A stretch of 64,000 nucleotides of DNA from NCBI GenBank assembly GCA_963535375.1, contig CAUSVT010000004.1:41719-105718 (forward strand). Direction: 5' to 3'. Positions 16,088-24,389 of this stretch are shown here, in pieces. The position numbers and the translations under genes are program-made. This DNA comes from an uncultured Candidatus Saccharibacteria bacterium (GTDB taxonomy: Bacteria; Patescibacteriota; Saccharimonadia; Saccharimonadales; Saccharimonadaceae). Position 1 is the first letter of the stretch. Every line of letters starts with the position of its first letter. The notes under the pieces were generated by a model, which was not told where the DNA came from, made no database searches, and saw only the letters and a program-made list of their open reading frames with translations.

Positions 16088-16943
16088 AATCTGAAAAATC
16101 CTTTCTACCTAAATCAATCTTTTTGATTATAGCAGTTTTTAATGATAATTTCATCTCTAACCCTTCACCGATCTGCCAGACCGTACCGGGCTTACCCGTC
16201 TTGAGCGCCACCACCGCTCGCTCGAGCTGCGACGTCAGCAGGGAAGTACCAAATGCATTTCGAATATATTCCGCCAGCAATTCCACCGCTTCAGCCATAT
16301 CGATACTGATGAAAAAATACCGATTGAGCGGCTCCGTCAAAAGCTGTGCTGACTCGTCAGTAATCGCCTCTGCTAACTCCAACTGCTCTTGCCACAAATT
16401 GTATAGCTGCTGTTTGGCATCATCTGGCAGGTTCATCAACTTACGCCGCAAACGATTACGCGTATAGATATCACTGGCGTTGGTCTCGTCCTCAACCCAT
16501 TCCAGTCGGCGCCTCACTGCATAGGTTGTGAGCTGTTGTTTGGTCCAATGTGTCAGGGGTCGCATGATCCGCGAATCACCAAGCACCGCCAGCCCTCTCC
16601 AGCGTGTCCCTCGCGCCACATTAAGCGCAATCGTTTCAACCACGTCGTCCAAATGATGCGCGGTCACCAACTGCGCACCACGTTTTTCGGCCGCCGCCAA
16701 CAAAAACGCATAGCGATGCTGTCGAGCAATCGCTTCATTAGCCCCCAACAATTCTTCTCTTTTGCCTTCAAACAAAAACCCATACCGTCGAGCCAGCGCC
16801 TCAACAAACTGCGCATCATCCCTCGAATCAGCACGCATACCATGATCAAAGTGCAAGACGACACATTGATGCCCCTTGTGTGCCATAAGATCCAGCAGCA
16901 CAACGCTGTCAATCCCACCACTGACTGCTACCGCATATTTCAT
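16050..16943 (-). CDS. tilS: tRNA(Ile)-lysidine synthase TilS
   Basis: It has the PP-loop AVAVSGGIDS. I moved the start to the second ATG (MKYAVAVSGG) because the TGCTATAAT at 16951-16959 overlaps the first ATG. Confidence 0.85.
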   Translation of the reverse strand: MKYAVAVSGGIDSVVLLDLMAHKGHQCVVLHFDHGMRADSRDDAQFVEALARRYGFLFEGKREELLGANEAIARQHRYAFLLAAAEKRGAQLVTAHHLDDVVETIALNVARGTRWRGLAVLGDSRIMRPLTHWTKQQLTTYAVRRRLEWVEDETNASDIYTRNRLRRKLMNLPDDAKQQLYNLWQEQLELAEAITDESAQLLTEPLNRYFFISIDMAEAVELLAEYIRNAFGTSLLTSQLERAVVALKTGKPGTVWQIGEGLEMKLSLKTAIIKKIDLGRKDFSDYGGKDAEQEWQE

Positions 16944-16950
16944 CTTTTCC

Positions 16951-16959
16951 ATTATAGCA
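16951..16959 (-). promoter_or_regulatory. Extended -10 box (TGCTATAAT) 7 nt upstream of the proposed tilS start
   Basis: The minus strand reads ttTGCTATAATggaaaagATG. Confidence 0.55.
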
Positions 16960-17020
16960 AAGCATGGGCAGTTTTGATATTCATAAAATCAATTCAGCTC
17001 TTGGTGAAACAGCAATACCA

Positions 17021-17029
17021 TGCTATAAT
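17021..17029 (+). promoter_or_regulatory. Extended -10 box (TGCTATAAT) for the tRNA gene
   Basis: It lies 13 nt upstream of the mature tRNA 5' end. Confidence 0.6.
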
Positions 17030-17042
17030 CACCCTCAGACGT

Positions 17043-17119
17043 GGCACCGTAGCTCAGCTGGTTAGAGCGCAGGACTCATAAGCCTGAGGTCGGTGGTTCG
17101 GGTCCACCCGGTGCTACCA
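17043..17119 (+). tRNA. tRNA with a CAU anticodon, probably elongator tRNA-Met; CCA encoded
   Basis: Cloverleaf: acceptor GGCACCG/CGGTGCT, D-arm GCTC...GAGC, anticodon loop CTCATAA, T-arm GGTGG-TTCGGGT-CCACC, then ACCA. Confidence 0.85.
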
Positions 17120-17131
17120 ATATTGCAAGCT

Positions 17132-17160
17132 AAACCTCCATGATTCATGGAGGTTTTTCT
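17132..17160 (+). terminator. Rho-independent terminator after the tRNA
   Basis: The hairpin AAACCTCCATG-ATT-CATGGAGGTTT is followed by TTTCT. Confidence 0.75.
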
Positions 17161-17170
17161 TTAGAACAGC

Positions 17171-17320
17171 TTATTTATCATCAAGCGCTTTGAGCTTTCT
17201 CAAAACAAATTCGCTCATTTCTTTTGAAGTCCGCTGGTGCTTCCACGTTTCAAGTTGTTGTTTTTGAATACCTTCTAAAAACGCAGTTAGCTCGCGCTCT
17301 GCAATTGCTTGCTCTGTCAT
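17171..17320 (-). CDS. Possible small protein (49 aa), hypothetical
   Basis: The ORF MTEQAIAERELTAFLEGIQKQQLETWKHQRTSKEMSEFVLRKLKALDDK is below the ORF-track cut-off and sits in an otherwise empty AT-rich gap. Confidence 0.3.
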   Translation of the reverse strand: MTEQAIAERELTAFLEGIQKQQLETWKHQRTSKEMSEFVLRKLKALDDK

Positions 17321-17479
17321 GATGTATTTGGTCCTTGTTTTTGTTTAATAATGAAACCTAACTCTATATTAGCACATTTTTGACAAAAAAGCAATAGCAA
17401 TATCACAAAATCCTCATGATTATTTTCCCTTTTTAAACCGCCTATGCTACACTGATATTAAAGGAATATTCATATAAAC

Positions 17480-18220
17480 ATGACGTACGCCATACTCTCA
17501 TCACTTGCTATCGTCCTTCTGGCAGCTGGCATTCATGCTAGTTTGCAGTTGAGCGTTAGTATGTTGACGCTGATGAGCGGTCATGCGTTAGGCAAAAAGA
17601 CCCGCCATATGCTACTGCTCCGACGGATGAATAGCTTCGTGCTCGGTGTTTTTTTGATGACGCTACTACTGGCGACGTTCACAGTTCATATCTTAACCAT
17701 CGTCATTAACCAAACCGTGATCATCGAACGACTCGTCGCTTCCGTTACCACAGGTATCGCAGTCGGATTAGGCTTAGCGACTTGGGCATTTTACTATCGC
17801 CGCAAGCAAAAAACTGGCATCGTCCTGTGGTTGCCTCGTGGTATGGCACGCTTTTTAGCAAAGCGTAGCAAAGCAACCAAAAGTAGCGCCGAGGCCTTTT
17901 CACTCGGCATGACGAGCGTCATCGCTGAATTGATTTTTATCATTGGGCCACTCCTAGCGGCCAGCCTAGCCATCATCAGTCTGCCTTCTGGCCTCTTCCA
18001 GCTGTCAGCCATCCTGCTCTACGTCGTCGGTTCACTTTTACCGCTCCTTGGCATTCTGATTCTTGTTGGCAGTGGCTACAATATCGCCCAAATTCAACAA
18101 TGGCGTGAGCAGTACAAATCATTCCTGCAATTTGTCGGCGGTAGCTGCCTGTTCATTTTGGCGTTTTATCTGTTCATTGACCGCGTCATGGGGATAACAA
18201 GCATGGGGATTGGGTGGTGA
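17480..18220 (+). CDS. Integral membrane protein, function unknown
   Basis: 246 aa with about 6 hydrophobic segments. An AAAGGAA SD precedes the start. Confidence 0.6.
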   Translation: MTYAILSSLAIVLLAAGIHASLQLSVSMLTLMSGHALGKKTRHMLLLRRMNSFVLGVFLMTLLLATFTVHILTIVINQTVIIERLVASVTTGIAVGLGLATWAFYYRRKQKTGIVLWLPRGMARFLAKRSKATKSSAEAFSLGMTSVIAELIFIIGPLLAASLAIISLPSGLFQLSAILLYVVGSLLPLLGILILVGSGYNIAQIQQWREQYKSFLQFVGGSCLFILAFYLFIDRVMGITSMGIGW

Positions 18221-18498
18221 TGCAGATAACGATTGTCGAGAAAAATAATCACCGAGGCGCTGAACCGTTTGACCCAGAAAAGCTGCACCGTTCAATCGTC
18301 AAAACCTGTTGTAGCGTTCGCGTACCAGACGGCCAAGCGGAGGATATCGCAGCTCAAGTAACGTTTCAGGTGATTGACTGGTGCAAAGAAAAACCAGAAA
18401 TAACCGCAAACGACATACGGCGAACCGCAACAACTTTCCTTGAACCTCTGCACTCTGATGCCGCGTACATGTATAAAAATGACAAACTTATGATATAA
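18220..18498 (+). CDS. ATP-cone domain protein
   Basis: MQITIVEKNNHRGAEPFDPEKLHRSIVKTC fits the ATP-cone pattern. The ATG overlaps the upstream TGA. Confidence 0.6.
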   Translation: MQITIVEKNNHRGAEPFDPEKLHRSIVKTCCSVRVPDGQAEDIAAQVTFQVIDWCKEKPEITANDIRRTATTFLEPLHSDAAYMYKNDKLMI

Positions 18499-18512
18499 CC
18501 TAGGGGGCAACC

Positions 18513-19886
18513 ATGGCACAAAAACCAACATTTGATTATGATATTATCGTCATCGGCAGCGGGGCAGCAGGAGCTCCGGCAGCCAGTATTTTGGCACGTG
18601 CTGGCAAAAAAGTCGCCGTCGTCGAACGGGGAACTTTCGGCGGAGAATCTCCTAACTGGGGTGACATGCCGCTGGGTGCCATGCTATACGCAGCTGAAGT
18701 GTTTTACAACGCCAAACGCGCTGCCAAATTTGGCCTACGAACCAACGCGCTCAACTACAATCATCCGTCGCTCCTGTCCTGGCGAGACACCGTCATCAAA
18801 CGCACTGGCGCAGGCGGTAATCGCTACTATTACGAAAAACAAGGCATCAGTGTCTTCTCTGGCAACGCTCACTTTCTCAGCCCCAATGAAATTACCGTTA
18901 ATCGTCGCCATTTGTCAGCCCGCAAATTCTTGATCGCCACAGGAGCAGCCTGGGAGAAATCGACCATTCCTGGTAGCGACAACATTCCGTACCTAACACC
19001 AGAGAACATTCTGTCATTGACTCGCCCACCGAAAACGTTGTTCATCGTTGGCGGCAACGCCACTGCCATGGAAATCGCCTATCTATACGCTTCATTTGGC
19101 ACCAAAGTCTACGTTGCAGAAAAAGCCAATCGCATGTTGCCAGAATTTGATATTGAAGTTGGACCAATCGTCGCAGAAGATGCAAAAGTTAACCGTAATA
19201 TGACCATTTTGACACGATCTCGCGTGGTTGCCCTACAAAAAGAAGGTTTGCAAAAGCGCGTCACCTATATTCAAGGTCGGCAACAAAAATCAGTGCGTGT
19301 TGATGAGATCTTAGTGGCAGAACAACGCGTCCCACAGACTGACATGGGACTGGAAAACGCTGGCGTTGCTTATACTCACCAGGGCATTACTGTCAATGCT
19401 CGCATGCAAACCTCAGCAAGACACATCTTTGCTGCTGGCAATATTACTGATCCAACCATCCAAACCCACGCCGTCTTAACCCAAAGTCGAACCGCCGCTC
19501 ATAATCTGACTCACCGTACCGCCATTGAGGCTGACCTGACGCCAAATTTGCTAGTAGCATTTACCTTTCCAGAAGTCGCTCAAGTTGGACTGAACGAACA
19601 AGAGTGCATCAAACGCGACCTACGGTACAAAACAGCTGTCGCTCCACTCACCCTAACGGCTCGCAGTAACATCACCGACTGCCGCAATGGTTTTGTTAAG
19701 CTGATCATCGACACAAAGGGCGTGCTCATTGGCGCAGCCATTGTTGCGCCGCACGCAAGCGACCTCATCAGTGAACTCAGCATCGCCGTCCGTCATCGCC
19801 TGACCGCCAAACAGCTCATCAGCACACCAAGCTGCTTCACTTCCTGGTCAGAAGCGACGCGAATTGCCGCTGGTAAATTACTATAA
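18513..19886 (+). CDS. Pyridine nucleotide-disulfide oxidoreductase (dihydrolipoyl dehydrogenase-like) lacking the redox-active CxxxxC
   Basis: It has the FAD motif IIVIGSGAAG. GGESPNWGDMPLG replaces the family motif GGTCLNVGCIPSK. The C-terminal APHASDLISE interface motif is present. Confidence 0.75.
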   Translation: MAQKPTFDYDIIVIGSGAAGAPAASILARAGKKVAVVERGTFGGESPNWGDMPLGAMLYAAEVFYNAKRAAKFGLRTNALNYNHPSLLSWRDTVIKRTGAGGNRYYYEKQGISVFSGNAHFLSPNEITVNRRHLSARKFLIATGAAWEKSTIPGSDNIPYLTPENILSLTRPPKTLFIVGGNATAMEIAYLYASFGTKVYVAEKANRMLPEFDIEVGPIVAEDAKVNRNMTILTRSRVVALQKEGLQKRVTYIQGRQQKSVRVDEILVAEQRVPQTDMGLENAGVAYTHQGITVNARMQTSARHIFAAGNITDPTIQTHAVLTQSRTAAHNLTHRTAIEADLTPNLLVAFTFPEVAQVGLNEQECIKRDLRYKTAVAPLTLTARSNITDCRNGFVKLIIDTKGVLIGAAIVAPHASDLISELSIAVRHRLTAKQLISTPSCFTSWSEATRIAAGKLL

Positions 19887-19920
19887 TTTATCCCCGAAGC
19901 TATGATATACTGAACTGAGC

Positions 19921-19996
19921 GGGGGCGTAGCTCAGGGGTTAGAGCAGTCGGCTCATAACCGATTGGTCGCTGGTTCGATCCCAGCCGCCCCCACCA
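19921..19996 (+). tRNA. tRNA with a CAU anticodon, tentatively tRNA-Ile2 (lysidine-modified)
   Basis: Cloverleaf: GGGGGCG/CGCCCCC acceptor and CTCATAA loop. The body (TAGCTCAG-GGTTAGAGCAG...GGTCGCTGGTTCGATCCCAGC) resembles E. coli ileX as I remember it. Confidence 0.8.
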
Positions 19997-20002
19997 AACA
20001 TC

Positions 20003-20443
20003 ATGATGATAAAAAAACTCGACAAACACGAACTAAGAAGACTTATCTATCACATCCGCCACGATTATTTGACGCTTAACAACGTCATCATCGCTGGAGC
20101 GGTTTTGATAGCACTCAGCTGGGCCTGGGGGTCAGTTGAGGCTATGCAGAGAAATTATCATTTACAGCAGCTATTGGACAATAAAAAGCAGCAAGTCGAG
20201 TTAGAAACTTTGAAGGTATCTTTGGCTGAATATGAAGCCAAATATTACCAAACTGTTGAATATCAAGACTTGGCAGTTCGCCAGCGGTTGGGCCATGGAT
20301 CACCAGGTGAAAAACAACTGATCGTGCCGTCAACTGATGTTGAAACTGAGAAAACTGCCACGGTTTCCAAGCAGCAATTAACCGAAAGCAACCTCCAACA
20401 ATGGACTAATTTCCTGTTTGGAGCCAACCGAAAGAAGTCCTAA
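20003..20443 (+). CDS. FtsB/DivIC-like septum formation initiator (tentative)
   Basis: 146 aa with one TM segment, a coiled coil, and EYQDLAVRQRLGHGSPGEKQLIVP, which is like the DivIC C-terminal motif. It starts 6 nt after the tRNA 3' end. Confidence 0.5.
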   Translation: MMIKKLDKHELRRLIYHIRHDYLTLNNVIIAGAVLIALSWAWGSVEAMQRNYHLQQLLDNKKQQVELETLKVSLAEYEAKYYQTVEYQDLAVRQRLGHGSPGEKQLIVPSTDVETEKTATVSKQQLTESNLQQWTNFLFGANRKKS

Positions 20444-20475
20444 GACCGGCGATATTTGCTAATACTCCTTGTCTA

Positions 20476-20484
20476 TGCTACAAT
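20476..20484 (+). promoter_or_regulatory. Extended -10 box (TGCTACAAT) for the initiator tRNA
   Basis: It lies 11 nt upstream of the tRNA 5' end. Confidence 0.55.
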
Positions 20485-20495
20485 CATCTATGTGC

Positions 20496-20572
20496 CGCGG
20501 GGTAGAGCAGCCTGGTAGCTCGTTTGGCTCATAACCAAAAGGTCGTAGGTTCAAATCCTACCCCCGCAACCA
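20496..20572 (+). tRNA. Initiator tRNA-fMet (CAU)
   Basis: CGCGGGG...CCCCGCA-ACCA gives a C1:A72 mismatch, which is diagnostic of bacterial initiators. The anticodon loop is CTCATAA. Confidence 0.85.
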
Positions 20573-20576
20573 AGAA

Positions 20577-20608
20577 AAGATCCTCTCGTCATTGAGGGGA
20601 TTTTTTCT
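20577..20608 (+). terminator. Rho-independent terminator after tRNA-fMet
   Basis: The hairpin GATCCTCTC-GTCATT-GAGGGGATT is followed by a T-run. Confidence 0.65.
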
Positions 20609-20612
20609 TGCC

Positions 20613-21152
20613 TTATTGCTTCGGCAACCTACCTGGTCGTAAGTTTTCTTCGCACAAGTGCTTATTGCCTGGCTTCTCAACTCTGTGTGAAAACCGTTGT
20701 CTCGTGCTATTACCCTGCTTGCCCGTCTTTGACAAGTCTCTGACCAATGTCGTCGGGTCCATCACACAAAAATCTTTCAATGGGCAAGCCCGGCAGGCTA
20801 TCCTAGCAAGCTCCAGCGCTTTCTGCCGTTCAGCGATGCTTCTTTCAGCAGCCTCAGCCGCACCCCTGATCTTATCAGCCCTGCCCATGTCATGCATCTT
20901 TCCTGCACCCCGAGACCGGTTGGCAGCACCAGCCAGTCGTGCAGCCTCCGCTAATAGCTTATTTCTTCCAGTAAAATTACCAGAGTGCGCCTGTCTTAAG
21001 TGCTCGTCATAACGCTGCTCAGCCGCACGATCAGCCTCTTCCTGGTCTAGCCTTGCCTGCAGCTCGTCTAAATCAACATCAGGACTTACTTCAGGAAATA
21101 CAACGTCCCCTTCATCAGTTATAGCAACATGAGATGTCATAATTTCGCTCAT
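20613..21152 (-). CDS. Hypothetical protein (179 aa)
   Basis: Long ORF with an acidic N-terminus and an Ala/Arg-rich helical middle. It contains a CRACPLKDFC motif. Confidence 0.5.
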   Translation of the reverse strand: MSEIMTSHVAITDEGDVVFPEVSPDVDLDELQARLDQEEADRAAEQRYDEHLRQAHSGNFTGRNKLLAEAARLAGAANRSRGAGKMHDMGRADKIRGAAEAAERSIAERQKALELARIACRACPLKDFCVMDPTTLVRDLSKTGKQGNSTRQRFSHRVEKPGNKHLCEENLRPGRLPKQ

Positions 21153-21174
21153 GATTTTATTATATCATAATATA

Positions 21175-21212
21175 TCTAAAAAATCAAATAGCTCCCCTTT
21201 TGGAGAGCTATT
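21175..21212 (-). terminator. Rho-independent terminator
   Basis: On the minus strand, AATAGCTCTCC-AAAA-GGGGAGCTATT is followed by TGATTTTTT. Confidence 0.7.
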
Positions 21213-21235
21213 GTATTGATTGCGAGTATTGCTAA

Positions 21236-21442
21236 TTATTTCTTTTTAGAAATGGTCAAGAAACCGTTGCGTGGATTTTCTTTAACAACACGGTCCTCTG
21301 GAAGATCGCATGGTGTACCCTTGTCGTTCTTCTCTACCTTTGCAAAGAAGTAGATGGTCTGAGTCTTGCCACCGCGCAGAGTTACTTCAGTCTTGTGCAA
21401 GTAGTACGTAACGCCCTTTGAGTTAGTGTGCTTGTAAGCCAT
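21236..21442 (-). CDS. Small conserved-looking hypothetical protein (68 aa)
   Basis: A strong SD AGGAGGTA precedes MAYKHTNSKGVTYYLHKTEVTLRGGKTQTIYFF, and a terminator follows it. Confidence 0.65.
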   Translation of the reverse strand: MAYKHTNSKGVTYYLHKTEVTLRGGKTQTIYFFAKVEKNDKGTPCDLPEDRVVKENPRNGFLTISKKK

Positions 21443-21507
21443 GTGGTAATACCTCCTATTAGTACTTTACCTTATAAGATTACTACCCCTGTTGGCCCCT
21501 GTCAAGC

Positions 21508-22155
21508 CTAAAAACGCTTTCGGCGGCGTAAAATAAAGCGAAGAATAGCCAAGACCACGAGTCGACCTATGATGATAAGACCGATTATTACCGTGACAAT
21601 CAACGACCAACCAGCAAAATCTGGTGACCAGAGGGGCGAGGTAAAGGTGTGGTAATACGGCTCAACCGGTAACGGCTTAAACTCACTCATCACTGCTTGT
21701 CCGCCAGGAATTTTTTCTAATTCTTGGTTGATGCAATTTGTATAGCGCATATCCGGCCAACGCCAGCCATTGGACCGCGCGATCGGCCCACAAACAGCCT
21801 CAGCCTTTTGAAATACATCACCATTGGCAGTGCTATTGGTACTTTCTTGATAGGCTTTTTTATGCCGCTCATTGTCTCGTTCATACGTCTTAACCAATGC
21901 AACTCTGCCAGGATCGGCATTCATGTGAGCGCTTACAAACCTCTGTAGATCATACAATCGGCTCGCCAAGCCAACCGAATCATCTGTCTTATCTGCAGCA
22001 TACACCGCTTCACGACGCTCCACCATACCAACATTATTGAGCCGTAGGAATGTTGCTGTGATGAAAGCAAACATGACAAACACAATCAACAATTGCCATG
22101 TCTTGACCTGCTCGAGTCGACGAATTTTGAATCGGACGTTGCGTTTATCTGTCAT
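21508..22155 (-). CDS. Membrane protein, function unknown
   Basis: It has N- and C-terminal TM segments. I placed the start at MTDKRNV, which has the SD AAGGGGTGG. Confidence 0.55.
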   Translation of the reverse strand: MTDKRNVRFKIRRLEQVKTWQLLIVFVMFAFITATFLRLNNVGMVERREAVYAADKTDDSVGLASRLYDLQRFVSAHMNADPGRVALVKTYERDNERHKKAYQESTNSTANGDVFQKAEAVCGPIARSNGWRWPDMRYTNCINQELEKIPGGQAVMSEFKPLPVEPYYHTFTSPLWSPDFAGWSLIVTVIIGLIIIGRLVVLAILRFILRRRKRF

Positions 22156-22212
22156 TCCACCCCTTCTTGATCTAGTTTTAGTATAGCACACATGCCGAGC
22201 GGCGGGCGAGAG

Positions 22213-22221
22213 TGGTATAAT
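22213..22221 (+). promoter_or_regulatory. Extended -10 box (TGGTATAAT) 6 nt upstream of the murC-like ATG
   Basis: The sequence reads TGGTATAATaaagccATG. Confidence 0.65.
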
Positions 22222-22227
22222 AAAGCC

Positions 22228-23490
22228 ATGCGAATTTATTTTTCAGGAATCGGTGGCGTCGGCATAGGACCACTGGCTGAGATTGCTCATGACGCAGGGT
22301 ATGACGTCTGTGGCTCAGACCAATCAGCCAGTCCACTGACCGCGGCTTTGATGGAACGCGGGATTCACGTTGCCCTTGATCAATCAGGGACTTTTTTGCA
22401 GGAAGAGCATGACAAACAGCCGTTTGATTGGTTTGTCTATACCGCAGCTCTGCCGGCAGATCACCCTGAGTTAGTACTTGCTCACAAGCTGGGTATCAAA
22501 ACTGGCAAACGCGATGAATTATTGGCACACATCATATCTGATAAAAACCTAAAGCTCGTGGCTGTCGCTGGCACCCACGGCAAAACCACCACCACTAGTA
22601 TGATTGTGTGGACACTGCAACAGTTAGGGATTCCAGTCAGTTATTCGGTCGGCTCAACCTTGAGCTTTGGACCAAGTGGCAAGTTTGACCCAACTAGTCA
22701 ATTTTTTATTTACGAGTGTGACGAATTTGACCGGAACTTCTTGAATTTCAAACCATGGCTGAGCCTCATCACTTCAGTTGACTATGACCACCCTGACACC
22801 TACCCAACGGAAGCTGATTATCTGGCAGCTTTCCGCACCTTTGGTAGGCAGTCTGAAAGTGTCGTTGCCTGGCAGGAAACTGCTGCGTTTTTTGATGATG
22901 ACAATGTACAAGTGCTGACCAAATATCACCCAGATATCCACTTGACTGGTGAGCACAATCGGCGCAACGGGATGTTAACCCTGGAGGCAGTCAAGCGCAT
23001 AACGGAAACTGATGAAGCAACCATCATCACCAGCATCAACCAATTCCCTGGCGCTGGTCGTAGATTTGAGAAATTGGCTGAGGGGTTGTATTCAGATTAT
23101 GGTCACCACCCAGTGGAGATCAAAGCTACCCTGCAACTGGCGCAAGAACTGTCGGACCACGTGGTGCTAGTGTACCAGCCGCATCAAAATGTTCGTCAGC
23201 ACGAAATCATGACGCAATATACGGCAGATGTCTTTGAGGCCGCTGAGACGATCTATTGGCTACCAACCTATTTGACCCGCGAAAATCCAGACTTGCCAGT
23301 TTTAACACCACAAGAATTAACACGCCACATCGTTGCTTCGCGCCCTGATGTTGTAACGTTTGCCGAGCTGGATGATGCACTGTGGGACCACATCACTGCT
23401 TCGCTCGACGCTGGAAAATTAGTCTTATGTATGGGCGCCGGAACCATTGATCATTGGGTGCGACAACGCGCCACCACGCTGGACACTTAG
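22228..23490 (+). CDS. murC: UDP-N-acetylmuramate--L-alanine ligase family (MurC/Mpl)
   Basis: It has MRIYFSGIGGVGIGPLA, the ATP site VAGTHGKTTTTSM, and DYDHPDTY. Confidence 0.78.
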   Translation: MRIYFSGIGGVGIGPLAEIAHDAGYDVCGSDQSASPLTAALMERGIHVALDQSGTFLQEEHDKQPFDWFVYTAALPADHPELVLAHKLGIKTGKRDELLAHIISDKNLKLVAVAGTHGKTTTTSMIVWTLQQLGIPVSYSVGSTLSFGPSGKFDPTSQFFIYECDEFDRNFLNFKPWLSLITSVDYDHPDTYPTEADYLAAFRTFGRQSESVVAWQETAAFFDDDNVQVLTKYHPDIHLTGEHNRRNGMLTLEAVKRITETDEATIITSINQFPGAGRRFEKLAEGLYSDYGHHPVEIKATLQLAQELSDHVVLVYQPHQNVRQHEIMTQYTADVFEAAETIYWLPTYLTRENPDLPVLTPQELTRHIVASRPDVVTFAELDDALWDHITASLDAGKLVLCMGAGTIDHWVRQRATTLDT

Positions 23491-23831
23491 CGATTATCGC
23501 CACTGCCGTGTAGCTGATGACGCTGCTTGCGGCTCAACAGTTTCTCATTGTTCATCCGCGCTACGTCTTCCAGACTCGACCCCAATAAATGCGCCACTGC
23601 ATTGACATACCACAAGATATCCCCCAACTCTTTGAGGATATCTACCTTATCTGGCTCCTCAAGGCTTCCCTGCTTGTCACGCAGCAATTTTTTGATTTTT
23701 TCGACTACCTCACCAGATTCACCAGCTAGTCCCAATACCTGACCCATTAATTGCGGGCTGATGTCACCGTATTCGTAGTTGTCTGACAGCGTGGTGATGG
23801 CCTGATCTGCATAGTCTTGTATATTCATCAT
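23487..23831 (-). CDS. MazG-like nucleotide pyrophosphohydrolase
   Basis: It has LGLAGESGEVVEKIKKLLRD and LGDILWYV motifs. GGAGGAG lies upstream of the ATGATG at 23831. Confidence 0.75.
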   Translation of the reverse strand: MMNIQDYADQAITTLSDNYEYGDISPQLMGQVLGLAGESGEVVEKIKKLLRDKQGSLEEPDKVDILKELGDILWYVNAVAHLLGSSLEDVARMNNEKLLSRKQRHQLHGSGDNR

Positions 23832-23842
23832 CTCTCCTCCTA

Positions 23843-24388
23843 TCATTTGCCTGCCGAAAACTCACTCGCTGGCACTAATTCCCATTCGTCTAAAAACCTG
23901 TCAAACAATGACATATAGCTCGCTCGTGTATTATCCCAGATTTGTTCAGACGGTAGCGCCGCTATGTCGTCTCGTGTCAGCCACCGCACATCCATTGATT
24001 CGCCCGCAGCCAACTCGTGTTGTGGATCTTCCCGAACTACCAGTGCGTAGCAGGTGTCTGAATGGTAATGCTCAGGTGTAATGTTGTGGGTGTTCATGAG
24101 CAGCGGCTGCGGGTGAAGTGTTACTTCTGGCATTGCCGCTTGATGCATGCGCAAGGTTGGTTGCAAAACCAACAATTGCCCAGCGTCATAGCCAGCTTCT
24201 TCGCACAGTTCATGTAGCATCGCCGCCCATGGCGTTTCGTCCAATTCTATGTGTCCACCCGGCGGCAGTAATTTTCCTAGTTTTTTATGCACATGCAGCA
24301 ACGCCCGCGGTTGATCGCCGTCGGTGCGAATGACATATCCGGTAACGGTGTGGTCGTGTTGGTTGGGTGCGGTGTGAATGTGTGGCAT
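23843..24388 (-). CDS. Nudix hydrolase
   Basis: It has the Nudix box GGHIELDETPWAAMLHELCEEAG. I placed the start at MPHIHT to avoid a 125-nt overlap with trmB. Confidence 0.75.
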   Translation of the reverse strand: MPHIHTAPNQHDHTVTGYVIRTDGDQPRALLHVHKKLGKLLPPGGHIELDETPWAAMLHELCEEAGYDAGQLLVLQPTLRMHQAAMPEVTLHPQPLLMNTHNITPEHYHSDTCYALVVREDPQHELAAGESMDVRWLTRDDIAALPSEQIWDNTRASYMSLFDRFLDEWELVPASEFSAGK

Positions 24389-24389
24389 A

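Noticed and set aside
17340-17400. An additional CIRCE-like half-site (ATTAGCAC at about 17368-17375) upstream of the membrane protein gene.
   Set aside because: Only one arm is present. There is no GAGTGCTAA partner at N9 spacing.
20613-21152. A WhiB-like iron-sulfur transcription factor, based on IACRACPLKDFC (CX2CX5C).
   Set aside because: The first cluster-ligating Cys about 25-30 residues upstream is missing, as is the GVWGG turn. The rest of the protein is an Ala/Arg-rich helix unlike Wbl proteins. I kept it as hypothetical.
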